64,000 nucleotides of DNA from an uncultured Methanosarcinales archaeon (GCA_964485195.1 CAZAIK010000006.1:12720-76719), one strand, 5' to 3'. Shown: positions 47,483-56,986, numbered from the stretch's first letter. Made by a program: numbers and translations. Notes: generated by a model from the letters alone, not told the origin.

Positions 47483-48454
47483 TTATATTGAAACAGTCCT
47501 GAATACTGTTGTTTTTGCCGAGGAACTTTGAGTATAGCCATAATCAAGGCTTACAGATACAACTGTTGAATAAGCAGTTGCTTCCTCTGTGAACGGGCTA
47601 CCATAAACACACCTTATTAAGTCATCATCTCCAGTTAAAACCAGCGGGAACGGCACGCATTTTAAATCTTCAGTCCCCCCCAGCTTGACAGTGACGGCCC
47701 CACTTTCAATTTTGTTCCAGGGAGGGGAGCCTTTCAGACATTCATTGGTTTTTCCTGCTGTATAAACCAGCCCTCCTCCTTTGTTTTGAAGGTGTAGTGT
47801 GAGCTGAAGCTTTTTTCCATTTCTTTGGGAAATCATTTTGGGCTCCACCTTTGTTATTGCAAGTGGAGCTCCCTGGCTTTCAAGGTTAACTGTCTGCATC
47901 TGGCAGGGCTTGTCCTGGGTTTCCTGAAGAGGGGCAGGGTCTATGCACAGGGGAACATTGGCTCTTGTCTGGTAGTCATAGCAGGCTGTTGCTGTGAATG
48001 TGGCTGGATAGCTTTCCCTCTGGGGGCCTAGTCTCAAAGCTTCAAAGCTCTTGGAGAAGACAGCCCTTTCACCAAGAGGGTTGTTGGGCTTCCTGCCTTC
48101 AAGCTCAAATGTGAAGGAATTATCCGAACTCCCTAACCGCTCATTGTATTTCAGCCAGGGGCTGTCAAGGTTTCTTACCGCGGTGCTGTCATACGCTAAA
48201 ATCATTCCGCCGCTTTCTATGTCTGCAGCCCCCTTGTTTTCCAGGATTAGTGTGATGTCAAAAATCTCCCCTGTGTATGTCTCATTGGGAGGGCTGTTGG
48301 GGCTGAATCTAAAAATCAAGGAGTCTGTTCCTTTCCTGAAGTCCTCTGCAGTCAATTCTTCAGGCCTGTTGCTTGGCCCTCCCATCAGGTCGCAGGCGCT
48401 GAACATAAAAAGAAGTGCAAGCGCCAGGCAAAAAAACAATGATTTGTGCTTCAT
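47483..48454 (-). CDS. secreted Cys-containing lipoprotein, paralog family member 3
   Basis: 323 aa. Lipobox FSAC; motifs ATACYDYQTRANVPLCIDPAP, QGAPLAITKV, LDYGY. Confidence 0.6.
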   Translation of the reverse strand: MKHKSLFFCLALALLFMFSACDLMGGPSNRPEELTAEDFRKGTDSLIFRFSPNSPPNETYTGEIFDITLILENKGAADIESGGMILAYDSTAVRNLDSPWLKYNERLGSSDNSFTFELEGRKPNNPLGERAVFSKSFEALRLGPQRESYPATFTATACYDYQTRANVPLCIDPAPLQETQDKPCQMQTVNLESQGAPLAITKVEPKMISQRNGKKLQLTLHLQNKGGGLVYTAGKTNECLKGSPPWNKIESGAVTVKLGGTEDLKCVPFPLVLTGDDDLIRCVYGSPFTEEATAYSTVVSVSLDYGYTQSSSAKTTVFRTVSI

Positions 48455-48494
48455 AATTCCTCTGAGATTAAGTTACTTTTAATTTTTTGTGTTT

Positions 48495-50435
48495 TTAGGA
48501 CGTAGCTGACCCTTCTTCCCCTCCTGCCTGTGCCGGGGGGCTTCTCCTTATGCTGATAGTGGCAGATTCCTCCAGGGCAAAATCATACTCTGCCCTTGCA
48601 AAGAAGGACTTTGGTGCAAGGGGAACCCTTCTTCCGTCACTCGGGTCCCGCAGGGCCAGATCAATATCCTCAGCCACGTAAGTGCAGGTTATGGTGTAAT
48701 ATTCCACCTCCTGCATCCTTTGGTTTATTCTTTCAACTTCAAAGCTATATGCATTTGTCCCTTCCTTGTACTCTTCATTAGATGTTCTAAAACTAACGGG
48801 GTTGAATGAATTGTCGCAACTGGACAGCTTCACTCCCTTCGGAACATATGCGTAAAGCTTATTGAATTTGGAAATCTCCCCCTTCCACCTCGGCTTCACA
48901 GTTATCCCTATCACAGGGGCAGGGTATGCCCCTTCCTCGTTCGCTGATATTAACGGAACCGGGTCGTTTATGCCTATGCCCAATTCTATGGGGCCCTGGG
49001 TGTATTCCGCTGTTGGGCTTCTTTCATCAAAGGGCACGTTATAAGCATCGTAAACATCTTTGTTAGAGGGATATTCAATTATGTTTTGCCTGTCTGAAAG
49101 ATGCGCAGTAATCCTTGACTCTGTCTGGAAATTAAACTTGGCAATGAAGTCTATCTGCTTTTGAGATACAGTACCCCTCTCTATGCCATCTTCAAAAATA
49201 CAGGGAATTGTTTCCCTGCTAATCTTTTCATCAACAACAAATTGAGCAGGATTCGTCTTTCCTTCAATCTCTGTGTCGTGAACCTTGCACTCTGTCTCTA
49301 TGGTTATTTCAGCCCCTTCTGCATAGGATGCAACTTCAAGGTCTGCCCACAGGTAAATCTGCTCGCCTTCATAAAAAACCTGGTCCTTGGGCCTAGGCCC
49401 GAATTCTGTTATGTAAACCCCCACTGGCTCCCTTGCCTGCTCAACCTCCCCGCCGTAATACTGGCCTCCTGTGGCTATCTGTATCTGCCTCTCAACCAGG
49501 CTTCCAACACCCTCCCTGAATGTCGTGGGAAATTCCAGCACGTTTTGCCAGGCATTTGCGACCATTTCCCTGCCTTCGGGGGAGAGCGTGGTTACTTTTG
49601 CTATGGGGTCCACTGCGCTTACTCCCGCAGCGCTCAGGGAGAAAAAGAAAAAGGAGAATAATGTTATAATTATTGCTATCATGTATATGCCTCTTCCTAA
49701 GCTGTAAAGCAATCCCCTGGCGCTTTTGTCTATGTCCTGGCTCATTACTATGTAAATCAGCACCAGCGAGGGGGTGAATGCAACTATCAGCACTGTGAGG
49801 GCTGACTGGGTTAAGGCTGAAAATTCTGGGACAATATTTGCAAGGGGCTGCAGGAAAGCATAAGGGGGGTTTTGCTGCACTATTGTATTAAGCAAAAGTG
49901 TTGGCAATCCGTAATCAAGACAGGCAATAAGCACTGAAAGGCCTATGGGCACCCCTATGAATATCAGCAGGAAAAGTATCACAATCTCTGCAGCTATCCT
50001 GAAAGAGTAAGCTTCATAGCTTGTGAAAAAATTGAAAATTTGTATTACCAGGAACAAGAGGCCGGCAAGCCCTATGAGGTTAACATTCCTGTAAACACGA
50101 TGCCCTCCTCTGAATGCCCAGCCCAATAACGCCCCTCCGACGCCCCATCCAACCTTTCCAATCCTGCTGAAGGGGGAAGCAACTTTGCCTGCTGCTTTTC
50201 CGGCAGGCATCTTGGCAACTTCCGAAGCCTTCTTTCCCACCTTGCCTGCCGCTTCGCTCACTGGCATTGATGCTACCTGCTTGGCCTTTCTTCCGGCTCC
50301 GTAAAAAGTGGGGGTGTATTCCTGGGCTGCCTTTTTTATTTTCTCCTTCCATTTCTTTTCCTTAAGCATCTCTGCCTCTGCCTCTTCCCTCTGCTTCTGC
50401 TCTCCAGCCATTGGGTTTAAAGGTTCGTCAGCCAT
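48495..50435 (-). CDS. large polytopic membrane protein with repetitive K/A-rich cytoplasmic N-terminus and about 350-aa extracytoplasmic C-terminal domain
   Basis: 646 aa. N-terminal repeats (AGKVGKKASEVAKMPAGKAAGKVAS), about 6 TM helices at residues about 110-330, then a soluble domain rich in E/Y/T. Confidence 0.6.
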   Translation of the reverse strand: MADEPLNPMAGEQKQREEAEAEMLKEKKWKEKIKKAAQEYTPTFYGAGRKAKQVASMPVSEAAGKVGKKASEVAKMPAGKAAGKVASPFSRIGKVGWGVGGALLGWAFRGGHRVYRNVNLIGLAGLLFLVIQIFNFFTSYEAYSFRIAAEIVILFLLIFIGVPIGLSVLIACLDYGLPTLLLNTIVQQNPPYAFLQPLANIVPEFSALTQSALTVLIVAFTPSLVLIYIVMSQDIDKSARGLLYSLGRGIYMIAIIITLFSFFFFSLSAAGVSAVDPIAKVTTLSPEGREMVANAWQNVLEFPTTFREGVGSLVERQIQIATGGQYYGGEVEQAREPVGVYITEFGPRPKDQVFYEGEQIYLWADLEVASYAEGAEITIETECKVHDTEIEGKTNPAQFVVDEKISRETIPCIFEDGIERGTVSQKQIDFIAKFNFQTESRITAHLSDRQNIIEYPSNKDVYDAYNVPFDERSPTAEYTQGPIELGIGINDPVPLISANEEGAYPAPVIGITVKPRWKGEISKFNKLYAYVPKGVKLSSCDNSFNPVSFRTSNEEYKEGTNAYSFEVERINQRMQEVEYYTITCTYVAEDIDLALRDPSDGRRVPLAPKSFFARAEYDFALEESATISIRRSPPAQAGGEEGSATS

Positions 50436-50484
50436 TTTTCAAATAAGAAGAAATCCTTATTTCACCTCTTTTTTTTATCAAAGC

Positions 50485-51696
50485 TCATTCAAGCTTTACT
50501 GCCAGGTCAACAACTTCAAATGTTGAGACCGGCTCTATCTTTATGGCATTAGTGCCTTCTTTTGCAAAGCTGTTGATATTTCTTGTGTACTCCCTTTCTC
50601 TTGTTTCAAAGCCTGTTTGTATTCCATTAATGAACAAGTCGGCATTTTTTCTCGTCGCTGAGTCTGTGAATAATAATTCCAGGGTTAAATTATTCCCTCC
50701 TGAAGATATGGTATTAAACTGTGCACTGTTCAAATCGAAATAATAAGTAAAAGGGACTGGCTCTTTCAATTGAAGCCTTATCAGGATATTGTCCATAAGA
50801 TAGAAAGCTTCAGAAGGCTCCTTGACTTCTGTGCTGAAAGTTATGGTGTTCTCCCCGCTTGAAAGGATGTTTGTGGATATTGGCTGGCTTACTATGTCCC
50901 CGCACACAGGTATTTGCGAATAAACATTCCTGTTGTTAACCTCCACATCCAGTTTACCCAAGTCTGCCTTATCCCCGCAATCCACGTAAAATCTCAGCCT
51001 TGCCGTCTCCAGGTTATTGTGTTCTGTTGAGGATATTATGAAGCTGCTCTGGGATTTTTTCCCTGAAATGTCTGTTATGTCAGCCACAAGCTTTAGGTTT
51101 GAAAGGTCATAATAACTGGTTTTCCAGAAAGCAAACCCCACAGAGCCTGCCTGTATGATAAGGGTGTTGCTTCCCTTGAGAAGGTCAGAGGGCAGCCTCA
51201 CCGCAAGGTTGGGGTTTTCCTGCTCTTTTTCATAAATCCTCTGCCCATTAAGCTCAAGTATCAGCTCTCCTTCATGATCATCTATGTTTACAGAAAAAAG
51301 GGTGTTTTTTGTGTTCTCAACATCCCCTAATGAAAAGGTAAGATTATAGGCCTGGCTTGAAAACCAGCTGTTTTTCACAGTTATGGCCTCTGCTGTCTTC
51401 AGGGTAACTGCCTCAGTAGAGACGAACAAGGTTAGGGGAGGTATTGACTTTTCAAACTCTGTTGCAGAAATATGCTCCAACAATCCGGGATGCTCCAGAA
51501 GAAGGATTCCTTCAGAAATCTCTCCATTGGCTTCGCCGTTTCCTTCCCCATCAGTTTCATTGGTCAGATTCAAAAGTTCCTGCCTTTCTGAAGGTGGCAC
51601 AAAAAGTATGTACAGGATTATCAAGCCGCCGATAATTGCAACAAGAGTTGCCGCTTTGGTGCCGTCCTGGGCTTTTTTACTGGGGCGTAAGACCAT
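50485..51696 (-). CDS. signal-anchored extracellular protein, possible class III (prepilin-like) signal peptide
   Basis: Internal Met MVLRPSKKAQDGTKA|ATLVAIIGGLIILYILFV then about 370-aa N/S/T-rich domain. The track ORF extends to 51990 but that extension overlaps pelota antisense. TATA-like TTTATATATA 20-30 nt upstream of this ATG. Confidence 0.55.
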   Translation of the reverse strand: MVLRPSKKAQDGTKAATLVAIIGGLIILYILFVPPSERQELLNLTNETDGEGNGEANGEISEGILLLEHPGLLEHISATEFEKSIPPLTLFVSTEAVTLKTAEAITVKNSWFSSQAYNLTFSLGDVENTKNTLFSVNIDDHEGELILELNGQRIYEKEQENPNLAVRLPSDLLKGSNTLIIQAGSVGFAFWKTSYYDLSNLKLVADITDISGKKSQSSFIISSTEHNNLETARLRFYVDCGDKADLGKLDVEVNNRNVYSQIPVCGDIVSQPISTNILSSGENTITFSTEVKEPSEAFYLMDNILIRLQLKEPVPFTYYFDLNSAQFNTISSGGNNLTLELLFTDSATRKNADLFINGIQTGFETREREYTRNINSFAKEGTNAIKIEPVSTFEVVDLAVKLE

Positions 51697-51751
51697 CTTT
51701 AACTTAAAATAAATGAGAATATATATAAATGTTTTTCTTTTTAAATGATAT
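51697..51751. promoter_or_regulatory. AT-rich divergent promoter region (TATA-like elements for both flanking genes)
   Basis: TTAAAATAAATGAGAATATATATAAATGTTTTTCTTTTTAAATGATATATG between divergent genes. Confidence 0.3.
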
Positions 51752-52804
51752 ATGAAAATGCTCCGCTCTGACCCCAAGAAAGGGGAAATGAAAGTAAAAG
51801 CGCAGAACCCTGATGACGTCCTCACCCTGAACAGCATAATCGGACAGGGGGACATTGTAAGCGGGTTTTGCGAGAGAAAGATAAAGGTCGGGAAAGGGGA
51901 GAATGTCAAGCCTGTCAAAAAAAGGTATTTCCTCAGAATTCTTGTGGAAAAAACAGAGTTTAACGGCAAAGAACTAAGGCTTAATGGCAAGACTCTTGAC
52001 GAAAAGGAGGAAATACCAAAAGGTTCCTATCAGGCAATTGAGGTTGTGCCCGGCTCTGAAATAAAGATTGAAAAGGAAAAATGGAGCGCATATCACCTAA
52101 AAAAGATAAAAGACGCGACTTTTGAATCAAAGCAAAAAATCCTTATTGTTGTGTTTGACAGGGAAAATGCAATATTTGCCAAGACAAAGAAGAATGGTTT
52201 TGATGTTTTGTTGGAAATGCAGGGGGATGTCCAGAAAAAGGCATATGAAACAAAAAAGGAAAGCAAATTTTTCCAGGAGCTGATTAACAAGATAAGGGAG
52301 TACGTGACAAGGTTTAACATTACCAGTGTTATAATTGCCTCTCCGGCTTTCTGGAAAGAGGACCTGCTTAAATTGGTGAAGGACAAAAACCTGAAGGAAA
52401 AGGTAATAGCTACGAGCTGCGGTTCTGTTAGTGAAAATGCAATATATGAAGTTCTGAAAAGCAGCGCGCTGAAAAAGGTTATGGAAGAGGAAAGGGCTGT
52501 AAAAGAGATGGAACTTGTCGAGAAAGTGATAAAGGAGATTGCAAGGGGAGGTGCCGTGGCTTATGGGCTTGAGGAAGCATCAAACTATGTAGAGATGGGC
52601 AACATAAAAACGCTCCTGTTTACCGACGATTTTTTCTATGAAAAACAGCAATCAGGAGAATCAGAGTATATTGAAGGCCTTATCAGTAAGGCTGAGAAAA
52701 GAGGCGCAGACATCAATATTATCAGCTCTGACCACGAAGGAGGCCAGAAACTGGACGGGCTGGGAGGAATAGCTGCCTTATTGAGGTACAAGAGCCATTC
52801 TTAA
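51752..52804 (+). CDS. pelA: Pelota (Dom34) ribosome-rescue factor
   Basis: 350 aa. eRF1-like domains; C-terminal GGIAALLRY signature. Confidence 0.8.
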   Translation: MKMLRSDPKKGEMKVKAQNPDDVLTLNSIIGQGDIVSGFCERKIKVGKGENVKPVKKRYFLRILVEKTEFNGKELRLNGKTLDEKEEIPKGSYQAIEVVPGSEIKIEKEKWSAYHLKKIKDATFESKQKILIVVFDRENAIFAKTKKNGFDVLLEMQGDVQKKAYETKKESKFFQELINKIREYVTRFNITSVIIASPAFWKEDLLKLVKDKNLKEKVIATSCGSVSENAIYEVLKSSALKKVMEEERAVKEMELVEKVIKEIARGGAVAYGLEEASNYVEMGNIKTLLFTDDFFYEKQQSGESEYIEGLISKAEKRGADINIISSDHEGGQKLDGLGGIAALLRYKSHS

Positions 52805-52955
52805 ATCATTGGATAATTGCGAATGATATTCCTTATTAAAGTATGACAAAAACAATGGAAAGATTTAAATAGAAGGTATTGTTATCTGATAGTAAAAAGA
52901 GGCGTGAAGAGTCCTTTTTTGGGGTAAGGTTTTACTCTGCGCCTAAAAAAGGGGG

Positions 52956-53768
52956 TTGGAAAAGATGATTGTAAATGATGATTTTTTAGCAACACTGAGA
53001 AGGTATTTCTCTCTCAATCTTTATGAGGTTAAGATTTGGTCTGCTCTGCTTTCCAGGGGTGTTTCCACTGCTGGTGAGCTTTCTGACATTGCCAACGTTC
53101 CCAGGTCCAGGAGTTATGACGTTCTGGAAAGCCTGGAGAAAAAGGGGTTTGCCGTGACAAAAATAGGCAAGCCAATCAAGTACATAGCAGTTCCTCCGAC
53201 AGAGGTAATTGAAAGGGTAAAGAAAAATATGAAGAAGGAGGCTGAAACAAAGGTATCCAGGCTCGAGGAGCTAAAGGACTCGGAAATGCTAACCGAGCTT
53301 AACGCGCTACACAATCAAGGTATGGAACTGGTGGAGCCGGCAGACCTTTCAGGAAGCCTTAAAGGCAGGCATAACCTATACAACCATTTGGAGTCTACGA
53401 TAAAGAATGCCGAAAAGTCAGTGACCATAATGACAACAACACAGGGATTCCTGAGAAAGGTTGAGGGGCTAAAGCCAATCTTTGAGAAGCTCAAGAAAAG
53501 AGGCGTCAAGATAAGGATTGCAGCTCCGATTACCAAGGAGTGTTCATCGGCACTAAAAGACATCTCAGGAATTGCAGAGGTCAAGAATGCCGACGCCAAG
53601 GCGCGATTCACTGTGGTGGACGGAAAACAGCTGGTGTTCATGGTGATGGATGACTCGGAAGTGCACCCAACCTATGATGTGGGGATATGGGTGAACACCC
53701 CATTCTTCGCTTCCGCAGTTGAGAACCTCTTTGAGGGAGCCTGGAAGGGAATGAGGGGCGCAAAGTAA
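52956..53768 (+). CDS. TrmB-family transcriptional regulator (paralog A)
   Basis: 270 aa. wHTH IWSALLSRGVSTAGELSDIANVPRSRSYDVLESLEKKGF identical to paralog B at 60136..60951. Confidence 0.7.
   Translation: MEKMIVNDDFLATLRRYFSLNLYEVKIWSALLSRGVSTAGELSDIANVPRSRSYDVLESLEKKGFAVTKIGKPIKYIAVPPTEVIERVKKNMKKEAETKVSRLEELKDSEMLTELNALHNQGMELVEPADLSGSLKGRHNLYNHLESTIKNAEKSVTIMTTTQGFLRKVEGLKPIFEKLKKRGVKIRIAAPITKECSSALKDISGIAEVKNADAKARFTVVDGKQLVFMVMDDSEVHPTYDVGIWVNTPFFASAVENLFEGAWKGMRGAK
53048..53143. repeat. 96-bp segment perfectly identical (inverted) to about 60755-60850
   Basis: GCTTTCCAGGGGTGTTTCCACTGCTGGTGAGCTTTCTGACATTGCCAACGTTCCCAGGTCCAGGAGTTATGACGTTCTGGAAAGCCTGGAGAAAAA is present here and as reverse complement in the second TrmB paralog. 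Confidence 0.6.
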
Positions 53769-53811
53769 CTATCAATATATTTTTAAACTATTTCTTATTT
53801 TTCTTTAATAA

Positions 53812-55341
53812 ATGGAAGCTAAAAAAATCGCTGAAACCCTGACTTCTTTTGAGAGAAAAGTCCTTCCCCTGGTTAAAGCAAACACTCCTGTTCCTGAAAT
53901 AATCCGCAAAAGCGGCTTGTCAGAAATAGAGGTGATGCGCGCTCTCCAGTGGCTGGGAAACAAAAAACTTGTTGAACTGGAAAAAGAATCCCAATCTGTA
54001 ATCACCCTTGGCAAAAACGGGCAGGAGTATGTCAAAAGAGGTTTGCCTGAAAAAAGCTTTGTAAAGGCTTTAGACAATAAAAAATTAAACAAGGATGAAC
54101 TCAGGAAAAAGGCAGGCCTGGATGAAGCTGAGATGAATGCCTGCGTGGGCCTGCTGAAGCAAAGGGGAATAATCAAGATCGAGCCGGGCATGAACATATC
54201 GCTGACTTCTCTCGGAAAGGACTTTATTGCCAAAAAAACCCTGGAAGAAAGCCTGTTGGAAAAAATAAAGAAGCATAAAGTGAGGATTGATGAGTTAAAG
54301 CCGGAAGAAAAATTCGCATTTGAAAATCTTAAGAAAAGGAAAGAGATTATAGCAATCAAGGAAGAAAAGCTAATAACCGCGACCATAACAGAAAACGGGC
54401 AGAGAGTCCTGAAACAGAAGATACCTGAAAAATTAATTGACACCCTTGCCCCAGAAACACTAAAAAAAGGTGACTGGAAGAACAGGAAATTCAGAAGGTA
54501 TGATGTCACAATTAATGTTCCGAAAATTTCCGGGGGCAAGAAGCATTTTGTAAAGCAGGCCATCTCCTATGCCAAAAGAATCTGGACCGACCTTGGTTTC
54601 AGGGAGATGGAAGGGCCCATAATCAACACGAGCTTCTGGAATTTTGATGCCTTGTTCACCCCCCAGGACCATCCGGCAAGGGATTTGCAGGACACCTTCT
54701 TTATCAAGAGCCCTTCAAACGGAAAATTGCCCGGCAAGGCTCTTGTGAATTCAGTAAAAAAAGCGCACGAGGCAGGTGTTTGCAAAAGCAAGGGCTGGCA
54801 GTATAAGTGGGATGAGGAAAAGGCAAGAAGAAACGTGCTAAGGACCCATACCTCTGTGCTTTCATCGAGAACAATAGCTGAACTCAAAAAATCCGACCTG
54901 CCTGCCAAGTTTTTCGCAGTGGGGAGGTGCTTCAGGAATGAGGCAGTTGACTGGAAGCACTTGTTTGAGTTTAATCAGACAGAGGGCATTGTAGTGGATC
55001 CTGACGCAAATTTCAGGCATCTTCTGGGTTACCTGAAGGAATTCTTCAAGAAGATGGGCTTTCCCAAAGCAAGGTTCAGGCCTGCCCATTTTCCCTATAC
55101 TGAACCCTCCCTGGAAATAGAGGTGTTCCACCCTGTGCACAACGAATGGGTAGAGCTCGGCGGTGCGGGAATGTTCAGGCCGGAAGTTGTCTGTCCCCTG
55201 CTGGGAGAGGATGTAAAGGTGCTGGCGTGGGGCCCCGGCTTTGACAGAATAATGATGGATTACTATAAAATAAAGGATTTAAGGGACTTATATTCAAATA
55301 ATTTAGAACAGATAAGAAACATGAAGTTTTGGAACAAATAA
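53812..55341 (+). CDS. pheS: phenylalanine--tRNA ligase alpha subunit
   Basis: 509 aa, archaeal/eukaryotic type. Class II motifs FRPAHFPYTEPS, GAGMFRPEV. Confidence 0.9.
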   Translation: MEAKKIAETLTSFERKVLPLVKANTPVPEIIRKSGLSEIEVMRALQWLGNKKLVELEKESQSVITLGKNGQEYVKRGLPEKSFVKALDNKKLNKDELRKKAGLDEAEMNACVGLLKQRGIIKIEPGMNISLTSLGKDFIAKKTLEESLLEKIKKHKVRIDELKPEEKFAFENLKKRKEIIAIKEEKLITATITENGQRVLKQKIPEKLIDTLAPETLKKGDWKNRKFRRYDVTINVPKISGGKKHFVKQAISYAKRIWTDLGFREMEGPIINTSFWNFDALFTPQDHPARDLQDTFFIKSPSNGKLPGKALVNSVKKAHEAGVCKSKGWQYKWDEEKARRNVLRTHTSVLSSRTIAELKKSDLPAKFFAVGRCFRNEAVDWKHLFEFNQTEGIVVDPDANFRHLLGYLKEFFKKMGFPKARFRPAHFPYTEPSLEIEVFHPVHNEWVELGGAGMFRPEVVCPLLGEDVKVLAWGPGFDRIMMDYYKIKDLRDLYSNNLEQIRNMKFWNK

Positions 55342-55342
55342 A

Positions 55343-56986
55343 ATGCCAACCATAACTGTAAGCAGAAAAGAGTTTGAAAAACTGGTGGGAAAGAAATTAT
55401 CAGATGAAAAGCTAAAGGAAAGAATCAGCCTGCTGGGCACAGATCTGGAAGAAGTGAACAAAGATTCCATCACTGTGGAAGTGTTCCCAAACAGGCCTGA
55501 CATGCTCAGCCTTCAGGGCTTTGCAAGGGCTTTTGCCACATTCATAGGAGCCAAGGAAGGGCTGGCCAAGTTCAAGGTTGAAAAATCAGGTGAGAAAGTT
55601 GTCATAGGCAAATCTGTAAAAAACGTGAGGCCTTACACTGCGTGCGCCATTGTTAAAGGCATGAAATTTGACGACGAAAAAATAATTGAAACCATACAGA
55701 TACAGGAAAAGCTCCACATCACCTTCGGAAGGAACAGGAGAAAGGTGGCAATAGGCATTTACCCTTATGAAAAAATAAAGCCCCCCATAACCTTCAAAGC
55801 AATGGATCCCGACAAGATAAAGTTCAGGCCGTTGGAGCACGACGAGGAAATCACAGGAAATCGTATACTCTCCCAGACCGCTACGGGCAGGGAATATGCG
55901 CATCTTCTGGAGGGCTATTCCAAGTACCCTGTTTTTGTTGATTCCGAAGACAAAATACTTTCAATGCCCCCCATAATAAATTCGCACGATACAGGGAAAA
56001 TAAGCGAAAAAACAAAGGATGTTTTCATAGAATGCAGTGGCTTTGATTTCAAGACACTTAATAAATGCCTCAACATGATAGTGACTGCCTTTGCCGATAT
56101 GGGCGGCAATATATACTCAATGGAGTTGGTCTATCCTGATAAAAAGGAAACAACTCCTGACCTGACACCTTCAAAAATAAGACTTGATGCGGACTACATA
56201 AACAAACACCTGGGATTAGACCTTACAAAAAAGCAATTGCAGGCTTTGCTGCTGAAAATGGGCCACGGAGCTGAGAAATCCAACATTCTTATTCCCGCTT
56301 ATCGTGCAGACATTATGCACCAGGTTGATCTGGCAGAGGATATTGCGATTGCCTATGGCTTTGAAAATTTTGAGGCGCAAATTCCCAATGTCGCAACAGT
56401 GGGTGAGGAAGCCAGGGCAAGCAGGCTAAAGAATCTCATAGCTGACATCCTGACAGGTCTTGGTTTTCTGGAGTTGAACACTTATAACCTCATAGGGAAG
56501 GAAAAACAGACAAAAATGATGGAATTGGAAAGCAAGCCAGTGGAGGTGGAAAATTCTCTTTCAGCGGGGTATGATTCTGTGAGGGAATGGATGGTGCCTT
56601 CGATAATGGAGGTTTTCAGGGGGAACAGAAATGCGGAATACCCTCAGAAAATTTTTGATGTTGACACTGTATTCCTCGCGGACAAGTCCAAAAAAACAGG
56701 AGTAAATGAAAAGCAGAAGCTTGCAGCGGGCATCTGTCACGAAAAGGCAAATTATACTGAAATAAAACAGGCTCTTGATTACCTGATGAGAATGCTCAAT
56801 ATAAAATATGAGATAAAAGAGAAAGGGCATCCTTCTTTCATTGAGGGCAGGTGCGGAAAGGTGATTATAGAAGGAAAGGAAGCTGGATTTTTGGGAGAGA
56901 TCAATCCCAAGGTTCTTGAAAATTTTGAGTTATTATCCCCTGTGGCTGCAATGGAACTGGACATCAACGGAATTTTGAAAATATGA
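55343..56986 (+). CDS. pheT: phenylalanine--tRNA ligase beta subunit
   Basis: 547 aa. B3/4 and B5 domains; N-terminal MPTITVSRKEFEKLVGK typical of archaeal PheT. Confidence 0.9.
   Translation: MPTITVSRKEFEKLVGKKLSDEKLKERISLLGTDLEEVNKDSITVEVFPNRPDMLSLQGFARAFATFIGAKEGLAKFKVEKSGEKVVIGKSVKNVRPYTACAIVKGMKFDDEKIIETIQIQEKLHITFGRNRRKVAIGIYPYEKIKPPITFKAMDPDKIKFRPLEHDEEITGNRILSQTATGREYAHLLEGYSKYPVFVDSEDKILSMPPIINSHDTGKISEKTKDVFIECSGFDFKTLNKCLNMIVTAFADMGGNIYSMELVYPDKKETTPDLTPSKIRLDADYINKHLGLDLTKKQLQALLLKMGHGAEKSNILIPAYRADIMHQVDLAEDIAIAYGFENFEAQIPNVATVGEEARASRLKNLIADILTGLGFLELNTYNLIGKEKQTKMMELESKPVEVENSLSAGYDSVREWMVPSIMEVFRGNRNAEYPQKIFDVDTVFLADKSKKTGVNEKQKLAAGICHEKANYTEIKQALDYLMRMLNIKYEIKEKGHPSFIEGRCGKVIIEGKEAGFLGEINPKVLENFELLSPVAAMELDINGILKI

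Noticed and set aside
50485-51990. N-terminal 98 codons of the 501-aa track ORF
   Set aside because: Overlaps pelota on the opposite strand, low-complexity. Internal Met with TATA box and signal-like sequence is the credible start.
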